Shown one piece after another: positions 38,507-50,678 of a stretch of DNA of 64,000 nucleotides. The notes below the pieces were generated by a model. The model made no database searches, was not told the DNA's origin, and saw only the letters and a list, made by a program, of their open reading frames with translations. The translations under genes and the position numbers were made by a program. The number at the start of each line of letters is the position of its first letter. Position 1 is the stretch's first letter. This DNA comes from Rhina ancylostomus. Taxonomy: Eukaryota. The stretch covers positions 42,839,889 to 42,903,888 of the forward strand of contig JARFYF010000017.1 of the NCBI GenBank assembly GCA_030265395.1, given 5' to 3'.

Positions 38507-40177
38507 GTGAGTGTCAAAGCCACATTCAAGCAATGGTTTTGAGGTTGATTATCGCACGCAGACGTATTGCCTCAATGACAATAGTAATATATTCCTGCGC
38601 CAACCACCTGTATGTTTGTAAGGCGAGAAGTGGGGGTGGTCACCAGAAAACTATTGCAGTTTCCTTGGATTTGCTTCCATTAGTTTGTGTCTCAGAGTCG
38701 TAAAAATCTCATAATTTAACAGCCATGAGATACAAAGTTAGTCTTGGTGTGTGGTGCAAAGGGGACAGTATTGGATCTGATCATTATGTGCGGTGCCAGA
38801 TAGTTAACTTCATTGACTACAATGGATTTAACAAACTACCAAATGAGGTGAATTTCTAGTTCCCAGTCCCTGGGTCACACTAATGCTGTTTACAAAGGCT
38901 GCATAAAAATCAAGATTTTCTATTATAAGGTTCAAAAGGCTGTTTTGTCAATTTCCTTGTGTAATGCTGAGCAGAAACTGGCATTGTCAGATCTCAGCAG
39001 TTAACTCTGTCAAAGGGTATTACACCAAATCAACCAACACTTTTCCAACTACTGAATAAGTGGATGCTCAATGGTAGGAGAGTAAGAAAGAGTGTCTCCA
39101 GTGGGTCAGTAAGACCCTCTTCAGGAGGATGAAGAACTGTGCCCACAGATGGCATTTTCCTTGTGTGTGGAAGCAATAGAGACCTTTCAAGGCTATAGCC
39201 AGGCACTGCTGACAGGAGGTCACCCAGGGAATTGTTCATAGGAGCATGAGTGCAGCCTTTGAATGTCTGCACTTTGCAAACGCCTGCAACAAGCAAATGC
39301 CTGCACCCACTTTGTCGAGCTATGTGGGGGCTGACTGAAGGGTAGATGAAGTAACTCTCCTTGAGAAGGAAGTTTGAGAGACTTCTCAAATGTGAGCTGC
39401 ACACTGGCAGCGGCCTACAATGTTCTTGAGGCTAGGAAGCAGAAAGTGATATGCTGACATCCACAGGCAAAGTAGTCAACACATATGTAAGGCCTCATTT
39501 TAAGGTTGCAGGAAGTCAGTAGTCTCATTCAGGGCAAAGAATATAGTTTGATAGTTGGCATTGTAAATAGTGCAATGCTTTAGAGAAAACAGGTTTAGTA
39601 AAAGCTGAAAAACACAAAAAACTGCAGATGCTGGAAATCTGAAATAAAAACATGACAAAAATTGGGGAAAAACACTTGAAAACATTTTATAACCTTTGGA
39701 TGTCCTCAAGAAATTACATTCAAAAAAGGCATTTTGGAAGCTTAGTCAACATTGTAACATAGAAATATAGCTTAAAGCTCAAGGCAGAGTCAAGATTTTA
39801 TTAATTCTGAGTTGCAATTATGAGAAGTGAATGCATTGTAGTTACTTAGGGTCTAACACAATCAGATGGGTGGGACGGATACCCTGTTGCTTACCAAGGC
39901 AAGCCCTTCTGGAGTCTGGCTTGGGCCTTTTCATTAGAGGTTGAGATGTTAACAGAGCTGGACACTGAAATCATCAGCAAAGAACTTCAATCATACCATT
40001 TCAATGGAGGGAGGATGATTGATGAATTAACTGGAGTTAATTTAGCTGAGGATATATTCCAGAGGATCTCGTACAATGATGTCCTCTAATGATTGGCCTT
40101 TAAGTATTTTCAGAGGGAGCAGGCTTTTATGTTCCCATCAGTTTGGATTGTTCTCACATTTTCACCTTTCTCTGCAG

Positions 40178-40259
40178 ACTGAATGTGAATGACATCCAAG
40201 AGACTTGTCAGAAGAATGCTGCTGCAGCTTTGTCAGTTGGACGCAGAGACCTTGTTCAG
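40178..40259 (+). CDS. WDR59: WDR59 exon 20 (LNVNDIQETCQKNAAAALSVGRRDLVQ)
   Basis: cag|A...CAG|gtactg, 82 nt. Confidence 0.96.
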
Positions 40260-43200
40260 GTACTGAAGCTGTTCAACTTGTCCACCTGATAAATATATGA
40301 AAGAATTTCCACAATCTTCCCTCCCATCGGTTTTAAGGTGACTAATCTCCAGTTTCCTTGATTCATTCTATTTTCTTCCCAAATACAATTGTAACATTAG
40401 CCATCCACCCGCCCTCTGACACTCCTACCTCTTTTAACCAATTACTAAATATGTGCAATGTGTCTGCCTTCTTGCTTTGAATGCTTCAGTTAATAATTCT
40501 CTTTTTGTTCAAATAAAGTTATGTCACACCCAATATCACAGCTGCTTAATCATTCTGCCTGCTACATTCTGAAGTAGAATCACTATTTAATATTTCTGCC
40601 ATTTTGCTGTCACTGTCTGTGATTTTATACTTTCACTGAACGATCCTGTTTCTAAACTGACTTTATTTAAGTGCCTGTAGACTATGTTAATGTGAAGTAA
40701 TAAAACAGAAAATGCTGAAAACACTCAGCAGGTCAGGCAGCAGTTGTGGAAAGAGAAATGGGTNNNNNNNNNNNNNNNNNNNNNNNNNNNNNNNNNNNNN
40801 NNNNNNNNNNNNNNNNNNNNNNNNNNNNNNNAGGTAAGGTGGCAGGAGTTAATGGGCTGTTCGAGAGTGATTATGCTTCTTTGTATTATGTACTTTAATA
40901 TTGGAAAATATTGAAGTAAAGTCATTATTTAATATTTCTGCTGTTTGACTCTCACTGTCTATGATATACTATTGCTCAACAATTTTGTGCTTAAACTGAC
41001 TTGAGTACCTTGAAATATTTCAGTATACAATAAAATCAGAAAATGCTGGAAATACTCAGTTGGTCAGAGTGAAAAGAGAAACCGAGGTATTGCTTCAGAT
41101 CAAAGACCTTCCTCAGAATTGGGGGAGATGAAAAAGGTAATTTTCAGATAAGGTGGTAAGAGGGTCAAGTGAGTTAATAGGGCAGTTAGAGAGTGCTTAT
41201 GCTTCTTTGTTTTATGAGCTGCTAATGGCAGGTCTGTGGCACATGCCAAGCAGGTCAGGCTGTCCCAGCAGAGAAAAGAAACTGATCCAATATCACAGAT
41301 GGATGACTTGCAGCAGAAATGGCCAGTTCAGAATATGCAGTATATCTTTGCCTTGAAAATATTCTAAGACTCTGCCTTTTTTGAGGTTCACAGTCCTCTG
41401 AAAGAAAAAAAATGCTTCATCTTTGTCTTAAATAGGAATCTTTTATGTTTTAAACAATGATGTTTTGTTTGAGATTCTTTCACAAGTGAAAAAATCTCCA
41501 TATTTACCCTGTCAATATAGCTCAGGACCTTATTTCAATCTTTTCTCCATACAACGTTTAGTCTTGATTTTTCCACAGCTTGATGTCGTCCCGGATAGAT
41601 CTGCGCTGTTTCTGGACTTCATTTGTCTGCCAAACAGCGCTCCAAAATCTGTAATTACTTTATTATTGCTACATGCAGATTCCACCCATCCTATACCTGC
41701 TCAACCTTAAACCTTGGACTCCCTCCTCCTTTGTGCCAGTTTCCTGTTCATTCTTGGGAAATTTGTATAATAATTCTAACATGATTAATGTAAGTTTTCT
41801 GTCCTTTGCGTATGACACAATTAGGCTACCATTGAGATCTGAGTCACTATATCCATTTTTCTCTCTTTTGCTTTTCTGTGCTCAAACCAGACCCATTCTA
41901 AATCCTTTTTATGTTTTTTTTTCCATTTCACCCCTCTCGGTTATTTGGCCGCTCAAATTCAATACTTTTCAAGCTTCCTGCTCTCTTGTTGCCATCCCAG
42001 CCTTGGCTCCCTCTCAGAGAAGCTTCTATCTTCCCTGTGCCTCTCTGGCATATTCTGAAGGGCTCGTGGAGACAGAAGTGGACTGGAAACAGTGTTAAAG
42101 CTGGGGGAGACATTCAAGGAGGGGATGGTGAGGGATTAGAACAAATATAATTCCAGAAAACTGGGGAAGGGAACTTAAAAATCTTAAATAAGGCAAGAAG
42201 AAAGGGAGTTTATGACAGATACTGAAAACTCAACACTGCAGAAAGCCAAGAGGTGAGGTTAGCAGGGGAGAGAGGATCAAGGGAAAATATTTGCTGGTAA
42301 AATTAAAGGAAACCTGAAATCTTATATAAAAATGTGAGCAGCAAGAGGGTTGTAATGGAAAGAGTTGGAGCCCAAAGTAATAATTATGGTATAGAGGAGG
42401 AGTACATGAGTTTGCTTCCAATTGAAATCATTTTGTCTGATTTCACACAAGTAGAGAACAATAAACATTGATTTTAAGGAGGCAGAGTGATAAATAGAGA
42501 AGATATTAAATGGCCTAAAATTTCTAAAAATGGATCAATTGTCCAGGCTGTTGAAATAGTGGATGCTCTGATTTTTATTTTTGAATGCTTCTTGGCGAAT
42601 AGGCATGGTACTGTAAGACTGGAAGACCACTAACCCATAATCCTTGTTTTAACAGGGAGAAAGGGGCGTGTCAATTAATTACAGGCCACGCAGTGGTTAT
42701 GTTCTATTATTGGACTGATGTCTGAGGGATATAATATATTCTCATTTATTAGGCACAGTTTAATCAAAGAGAGTCATCTTGGATTTCTTAAGGCAGGCTC
42801 TTGGGTTGAAAAGTTTGAAGAGGTAACAAGGGCGGTCAGTGAGGATTGTGCATATGATGTTGTCTAAATGTGTACCTGTAAATCTCCTGTGTACCTTTTC
42901 TAGTTTAATCATGTTTGCTTTTGAACTGCCTTAAGAACTCTCTCATCCCGATCGCTAATCTCCTCTGGCCCAACAGTGTTTTAATTTAAAAATAGAAAAT
43001 ACTGGAACTAGTAGGTCAGGATGCACTTGTGGAGCAACAGTTATGTTTCAGGTTCATGACATTTCAATAAAAGAGGGAAAAGCTGGGGAAATACCTTCTA
43101 AGATTTAGAGAAGAGGTGAATTAGAGAAAGGAACAATACAGCACCCTCTTAAGGTTTTATGCCTCCTTTTCCAGGATGGGGTTTGGGCTTGTGATTTTCT

Positions 43201-43991
43201 AGTAGAAGCAAGAAAGGTCAATAGATTATTGTATATTAACAGAATCAAGAGAGATGGGGTTAGTGAAGGAAAGTGGCACTGAGGTANNNNNNNNNNNNNN
43301 NNNNNNNNNNNNNNNNNNNNNNNNNNNNNNNNNNNNNNNNNNNNNNNNNNNNNNNNNNNNNNNNNNNNNNNNNNNNNNNNNNNNNNAAGTGGATATAGAT
43401 AAATATTTGAAAGATCAAAGAACTGAAGGTTATGGGAAACTGGCACAGAAGAGCAGTTAACTCTAGCATAGATCAGCCATGATCACATTGAATGGCAGGG
43501 CAGGCTTGAGGAGCTTTGTGGCCTACTCCTGCTCCTATTTTGTTGTGTTCTTGTGACAGAGTTGGAGTTTTAAATAATGACTTTGGTTTGAGTTTCACAA
43601 CAGAAGATAAAATTTAACATTTCATATCATCTCTACTCGTGTTGGGTTCTGAGGTAAAAGTTGATCTTTTCAAATGGTAGCAGTTGAATGGCCTACACCG
43701 GTTTCTGTTTCTGCAGCCAGGGTTGAAGTTTACTGACTGAAACTGAAAGTTATTTTGACTTATTCTGTTCTGAACTTCTGTTTGTAGCATTGCCTTGAGT
43801 TTTCTTCCTGTATCCTTTGTTTTTAAAATTCAACTTTGGTAGCATCAAATTGTATGGCAATCTCAGTCTTTGTTATTTTCTTCTTGGTTTTTCATTTTTT
43901 TCTTAAATTTGCAGACACAATATGGTAAGGTCTATAACCTGCAAACTATTAGTACAAGATTCTTGACACAGAGAAATTGGTTCATTTTTAT

Positions 43992-44178
43992 GATGTAAAA
44001 CACTTTGATGCTGTAGGAACTCAGCAAGCCAAGCAGCATTCGTGNNNNNNNNNNNNNNNNNNNNNNNNNNNNNNNNNNNNNNNNNNNNNNNNNNNNNNNN
44101 NNNNNNNNNNNNNNNNAGTTCCTCCAGCATCATCGTGTTTTTCATCTAGATTCCAGCATCTGCAGTCCTTTGTTTCTC
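43992..44178. mobile_element. Second copy of the same fold-back mini-element (centre is an N gap)
   Basis: Arms match the 15622 copy; flanking 14-bp direct repeat tggttca(t/c)ttttat at 43978 and 44179. Confidence 0.75.
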
Positions 44179-44264
44179 TGGTTCACTTTTATATTCAGTT
44201 CAACCAGCAACTGGCTGATGAACCAACTAATGCTGGTCAAACTGTGCGTGGAACCCAGCATATA

Positions 44265-44378
44265 ACTAAGATAAGACATCTTTATTAGTCACATGTACAT
44301 CAAAGCACACAGTGAAGTACATCTTTTGCTTAGAGTGTTCTGGAGGCCGCCCACAGGTGTTGCCATGCCTCCGGCGCC
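44265..44378 (-). mobile_element. 5'-truncated V-SINE tail
   Basis: taagataagacatctttattagtcacatgtacatc...cacagtgaa, same tail as the other copies. Confidence 0.75.
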
Positions 44379-44446
44379 ACTTAATTCTGCTATTTCCCAA
44401 TCTCTTGGTAATTTACCAATTCATTATTCATTTGCTTGCATTCTAG

Positions 44447-44559
44447 GTGTGGTCTTTAGCTGCTGTTGCCACAGACTCCTTCCTCAGTCCGCATCCAGAT
44501 CCTGACATAGAGACACCATGGGCACGGCATCCATTTGGCAGGCAGCTCCTTGAGTCGCT
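44447..44559 (+). CDS. WDR59: WDR59 exon 21 (VWSLAAVATDSFLSPHPDPDIETPWARHPFGRQLLESL)
   Basis: tag|GTG...CT|gtgaga, 113 nt. Confidence 0.95.
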
Positions 44560-46009
44560 GTGAGAATGAATTTCTGTAATAAAGAAATGGCAGAGTGGGC
44601 AAGTGTTCAGTGACTGGAAATTACTAGAAGCATGGTTGCAACCAGTCACTAAGTAGGAAGGCTATGTGAAAAATTCTTCTGAAGCTACAATAAATGCAAG
44701 AAAAATCAAAAGCTTTATATTTTTTGGGAACTTTATGAATGAAGTATACTGTCTTTCTGTAATTTTTCAACTGTTATTCATTTGCATCTGGAATATGGGC
44801 AGCTTTTGCAAAGCCAGGATTTATTGCCCATCCCTAATTTCTCTTAAGAAGGTCTGAGAGAGTGGCCTCCTGGAGCAGATGCAGTCCTCATGGTGAGGAG
44901 CTGCTGCTGTGCAGGAAGACAGCATACCATCACCTTCAGTCATAAAGTTCTTTGGAAAATTAGGTTTTGACCTGCATTTACTGTAGTTGCAAATGGATAC
45001 TTCATGGATACTTACTGTTTAATGAAGAAGCAGATGGAAGCTGGTTTTGTGTCATTTAAGATGTACTGAACGCATAGGACTGAGCACTTGTGCAAACCTT
45101 TTTAGTGTCTTGCCCTGTTTCACAGAAAGAAAGCTTCCTCTTCTACAGTTCCTTTCACATAGTCAGGGCATCATAAGATTTGCAGTTAAATCAGTGCTTC
45201 TGAAGATTTGTCATTATTGTCAATAAGAACAGGCGATCTGGGCATTATCAAGTTGCTGATTGTGGGGTCTTGCTGTGCACCCATAGTATTACCACAAGCC
45301 AGTGAAATAAGTTTCAAGCAAATCAAAATATGTTTTTGTTTTGGTTTTCACTGTACTCCTTCCCTCAGAAGGTGGTGACTTAGAATGGGGTGCCGTTTCC
45401 TATGTTGAAGGAGCTCTGTGTTTCACCTTGCTGTGTGAATCTAAATGATAAGTGTTGGTGGATGGGTTTCTTGAACATAGAGGTGAATCCACTCAGACCT
45501 TAGCTGACATCTGCACCTGTGCAGTTTGGGAAAGGGGCAGTGGCTGTTGCCTTGTTATTTATACAGTCAGTTGTATCATTGATCCACTTGATGAGCCTAG
45601 CACCTTACCATTAAATAGGAAATCTTCCTGGATGTTTAGTTCAGTACCATGCAGTACATTTGCTCCCTGAGCCATTTGGAAAGAACAAGACAAGGAAGGA
45701 AGATGGAATTTTAACTTCTTACTTAAATCATCTTAATTATTAGAATTTTCAATCTGTGTTCAAAGTCTGATTAGATACTCAATTTAATAGTGTAAACCAA
45801 TTGAATGTATCATGTAGTTTCAAATGATAGGATGAGCTAAATGTGGCAAATGCTTATTTTTATCTGTACTTAATACTGTCCTGATCGACTGGATAAGTTC
45901 AAAGATTAAGCTGTGGTTGTTTATCAGTTCAGGGTAACTTTTAAGTGTGGTTCTGATAATGAATAGTCCCCCTTCCTGCAATGGTTTATTGATGTGTGTT
46001 TCTCCACAG

Positions 46010-46160
46010 CCTGACCCACTACAGCACGATACATGATGTTCAGACTCTAGCGATGCTATGCAGTGTGTTTGAGGCCCAATCTAGGCCTCTGGACTGCTAT
46101 GGCAGCATGGGCACGCAACTGTATCAGCGCAATTCTATCTCCACTCCCTTTCTACATTGT
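46010..46160 (+). CDS. WDR59: WDR59 exon 22 (LTHYSTIHDVQTLAMLCSVFEAQSRP...FLHC)
   Basis: cag|C...TGT|gtaagt, 151 nt; DVQTLAMLCSVF motif. Confidence 0.94.
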
Positions 46161-46913
46161 GTAAGTGTATATTTTCTATGTTCTAGTCTGGAATCTGTTC
46201 CATTTAATGCTTTGACTTTTAATCATACTGTGTAGGTGTAATTATTGGGGTCAGTCCTGCAGGCAGTTCTGTCCCTGTCACAGTGCCATGAGCTAGAATA
46301 GTTCTAAATGAAATTCTTGTGCAAACCACATGTACTGATGGAGAGAACAAGGTTCTGATGTGTTGTTGTGCAACATCCTTCCTTTGGTTATTGAATTGCT
46401 TGTATTGAGCCTGCTTAGGGCCGAATCCATTTGTGAACACACACTTCACTCTTGAAGTGATAGCAGTGAATGCTTTGGGGCAAGTAAATATTTTCAGTCT
46501 ATCAGACCCCACACTGAGCAGTTCCTCCCAGGCTAAAGATCCCGTTCTTGTGTGATCACCAATCCTGTATATTAGGGCAGAGTTGGGGTTGGTGTTCAGG
46601 TTTCAGCTTTCTGGGGCATGGGAGAGATAGAACTCTTTGGTTTAGAATGGGAGCATTGAGAGGTTAATTTTCCATTAATGATAGAGGGAGCTTAAAAATT
46701 ACAAAATCTGTTTATTTGTAGCACTGTAAAAGTCAGTTCTGTGTTTATCTGGAACATGTGCTGAACATTGTTTCATGTTATCTCAATGTTATATGTGTCT
46801 TGAATTCTGGTTCTCAATACCGAGGTTCCTGTGAACATTTTTTATAAACTAATTGTGCCAGTGTTCCTTTACCCTGCTCTGTAGACTCTAAGTATCTTTC
46901 TTATTTTCCTTAG

Positions 46914-46986
46914 TCAGGCTATGCTTCTTCAGGTTCCTATTCAAGCACATCTGAAACTATTGTTGGGTCCACTGGATGGAACATAG
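46914..46986 (+). CDS. WDR59: WDR59 exon 23 (SGYASSGSYSSTSETIVGSTGWNI)
   Basis: tag|TCA...ATAG|gtaaga, 73 nt, phases match. Confidence 0.9.
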
Positions 46987-48183
46987 GTAAGATGCTTCTG
47001 GAAGGTATTTCATAAAGAATGGAATAGCGTGTGGCATAGTCGTAAAGACATCCTGACTGAGAAGCTCCTCAGTAGTTGGAAAGGAATGCCTCGGAAAACA
47101 TTGGGAACTAGATCTAATCAACATTAGGAATTTTCTGCAGCGATGTTAATAAGCAAAATAAATTAAAGCACTCCACTCTATAATTACATCACTGTATATT
47201 CTCCACAAATCTCATTGTCCAATAATACATCACAGTGTAATCTCTACAAATCTATTTCTATTTTGGAGAACATCAATTTTCTGCAACATAGCATGCAAAT
47301 AAATAACTTGTACAACACCCTATCCATATAGGCACACCATATCCATATGATTGCCCAATCTATCTTGTGCAACCTAGAGGAATTCTTTATTCTACTTTGC
47401 AGTACATTGCTGTGTTATATCTACAAATCCCTTTTTATCTTTGGGTAGGTATCACTTCTGCTTTTTAATATAATCTGTATTTTAGGAAGTTTGGCTTCTG
47501 AGGCCACCAAATGGAATAGCACAGCATGCTGTAATTTCACAAAAAAATGAAAAACCAAGAAATGCTGGAAATACAAAGCAGGTCAGGCAACCTCCGTGGA
47601 GAAGAAGCAGCTAACATTTCTGGTCACTGAGGTTTCATCAGAACTGCGAAAAGTTAGAAATCAAATAGGTTTTAATTTGTAGAGAATGGGTAGGGTGGAG
47701 GGAATACTTGTGATTGGATGAAGGCGAAGAGAGACTAAATAGCACAAGTGCTAGTAATGTCGGTTGAGAGAGGGTGCTAAAGGCTTGTTAATCACAGTTG
47801 ATCTGTCTGGAGGAGGAAGAGACACAGTTCCTTGATGTAATGTTGGATTTCGTGGGAAGAAAGTACAAAGCCAAAGACTGTCAGGTCAGTGGAACTGGGA
47901 TGGAGGCAGTCAGAACCTTGGACTATAATTTCACCATTGCTGGAGTAATGATCCGTCCTGACTGCTCTCACAATTCTTCATTACCTGTATGATTGCAAAC
48001 TGTTATAAACCAAGTGGTGTCATGAATGACCACAGTACGATCCTAAGCACTTTGTTTCTCTAAGCCACTGAGATATACAAGACATTCAGGTAGTGATACT
48101 GAGGGTTTTCAAATCTTAACCAGCTAGTGATTGATCTGTTGCCAGAAGTTAATCCATTATTAATAATGCTAACACTATTTCAG

Positions 48184-48307
48184 TGGGTCGGGAATCAGAA
48201 CATCTCGGTTCTTGGTGCTATGAGTCACCAGATGACTACCGTTATGGAAACCACATCTATGCTGATCCAAAAGAGCGGGAGAAGGAGCAACATGAAAAGA
48301 ACAAAAA
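48184..48307 (+). CDS. WDR59: WDR59 exon 24 (GRESEHLGSW...YADPKEREKEQHEKNK)
   Basis: cag|TG...AA|gtaagt, 124 nt. Confidence 0.93.
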
Positions 48308-50535
48308 GTAAGTTTTCTCATTTCTCCTCATGATATACGCAGTCATTCTGCCCATTAATTTTATGCTGGCTCTCAGGGCAATCCTATCCCTTCCTATCCC
48401 CTTATTTCCTTGTAATCTATTCTCTTTCACGTCACCATTAACTTCCCCAAATTGTCTTAACTCCCATCCACACTGGGGGTAATTTACAGTAACTAGTTAA
48501 TCTGCCTTCCAGCCCAGTTTTGTGTAGGAAGAAACTGGAGCACTGGGGAAAACCCATGCAGTATCTGGCAGAACAAGCAAGCTCTGCAGAGCACGAGATC
48601 GAATCTGGGTCACTGCAGCTATGAGGGCAACAGCACTACCTGCTTCACCACTGTGCACATTATACCTGTTACGATATAGAACCAAGTCAGGAAAACTCTG
48701 ATAACCAATCAATGAAGCTTTGTTTTAGACTTTTTAATTCTGAAAATTGTTTTAGTAGCACAAGCACTGGCACTCAGTATCTCTTCCAAGTGGTCATTGT
48801 TTATGTTTGAATTCTGAAAATAAATTATTTAGCCTTGCAAGGCACAATAAGAATGCCCATTCCCTCCCTCACAGCTACATTTATAGATATAGTCTCAATA
48901 GGAGTTGCTGTGAGCAGAGAGAATGTGGTTGAAGTGTTTAAAGCAGTAAGTGAGCAGGCGAGTATTTGACATTGTTGGTGATTGGCTTGTGGGTATTTAG
49001 GTGTTTTGTTTAGTTGGGGATATGGGGTTAATTAGACCAAAGAACTAGAGGTAGAAGATTAATAACAAACAAGATTATTAACTATTCAAACAGCTACTAA
49101 TAACAGTTCAAAATGTTAAAACTAATTAAGTAAATTGGAAATGCAGTTTAAGCAATTGCTGGATCATGTGGAAATTGCTGGAGACCAGCTAGACAGCCAA
49201 GGATCCACAATTGCCAAAATTGTTTACAGCTCAAAGAACTTCAGCTCAGGGTTCATGAACTAGAGTTTAAACTTTAGATCTTGTTTTCTTTCCCCCCCAT
49301 CAAAGTTCCCTTTGACCTCTCTTATTCTAAGGAGAACAACCTCAATTCTTCCATCCTAACAATGTCCACTGCATTCCCTTTATTGTACTTAACTAAAATT
49401 TTAGATGAAATATCAGAGAAGTTTGTCAAATACAATCTGATTTTTATAAATATGTTCTGGCTTTCCTTAATTAATGCAAACTCTCCAAGTGCTTGTTCAT
49501 TTTTTATATTTTTATTTTTTCTAAAACCTTACCCATCTCTGATATTAATCTGATCACCTGTGAGTACTGAGAATGTCCTTGCAACCTTTCTTGGTCCACT
49601 GGTGCCTTGCCTCTGTCTAAGGGAAGATTGGAAGACTGGGCTTCCTCTGTCCTAAGCCATTGCATTCAATGTTAGTGGAAAAAAAAACCAAAAGTTCACA
49701 TTGACTATATCAAATTAATTTAATGATGAAGGGGAGGGGCAGTGGTCTTTGAAAGAGAGTGTCACTTTAGTGCTAGTTAAAGCATGCTGCATTATGGAAG
49801 GACGTGGAATGTAAGTTTGTGTTGTGATCCCTACCATTGAAAATCCTGATTTCAACATTGACATTTTGAACTTCATTGAGAGAACCAATGAGCTTCTTAC
49901 AGAAAGGAAGGAAAGCCTTGTTCACAGGGCACACTGGTGCAAACACTTCTGGCTGCCATTATTGGCAGAAGCCTCAGGCGGTCTTAACATTCTCTTAACT
50001 AATGACCTACAGCACAGAAACGGGTCCTTTGGCCCACCATGTCTCTGCCAACCATCAAGTACTTATCTATCTGAATCCTATTTACCGGTTCGTTACTTTA
50101 GCCCGCGGTGCCTTGGCAGTTCAAATGCTGCTTAAGTTTTGTGAGGCTGTCTGGCTCTACTACTCCGTCAGGCAGTGTGTTCCAGATTCCAGTCACCCCC
50201 AGGAAACTCTTACTACACACCTTAAACCGATGCCCTCTGGTCTTAGACACCTCCTACCATGGGGAGAAGTTTCTCACTGTTCCCCCCATGATATTGTACA
50301 CCTCTATCAGGTTTGCTCTCGGCTTCTTCCGCTCCAGGGAAAACAAACCCAACTCTCAGTCTCTCCTCTCCATCCAATAACCTGGGACTTTGGGAGATTT
50401 GATTGTAGAAAAAAGAATAATTGAGAAAATCGCAAACCAAACAGCTTTACAGGTGTAAAATCTGTCCATGTACTTCCCCCATTGTTTGCATCGTTTCTGA
50501 ATTTGCGATTCATCTTGCCTTCCTTCAATTTCCAG

Positions 50536-50678
50536 GCTACTCGATCCAGCCAACATGTTACAATATGATGATTTTAAGAAATGTTATGGGGAGATTCTGT
50601 ACCGCTGGGGTCTGCGAGAGAAACGAGCAGAGGTCTTAAAGTTCGTCTCTTGCCCTCCAGACTCTCATAAGGGAATTG
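50536..50678 (+). CDS. WDR59: WDR59 exon 25 (LLDPANMLQYDDFKKCYGEILYRWGLREKRAEVLKFVSCPPDSHKGI)
   Basis: cag|G...ATTG|gtaagt, 143 nt. Confidence 0.97.

Noticed and set aside
39000-39440. 124-aa minus-strand ORF
   Set aside because: No recognisable domain; looks like an old unclassified repeat.
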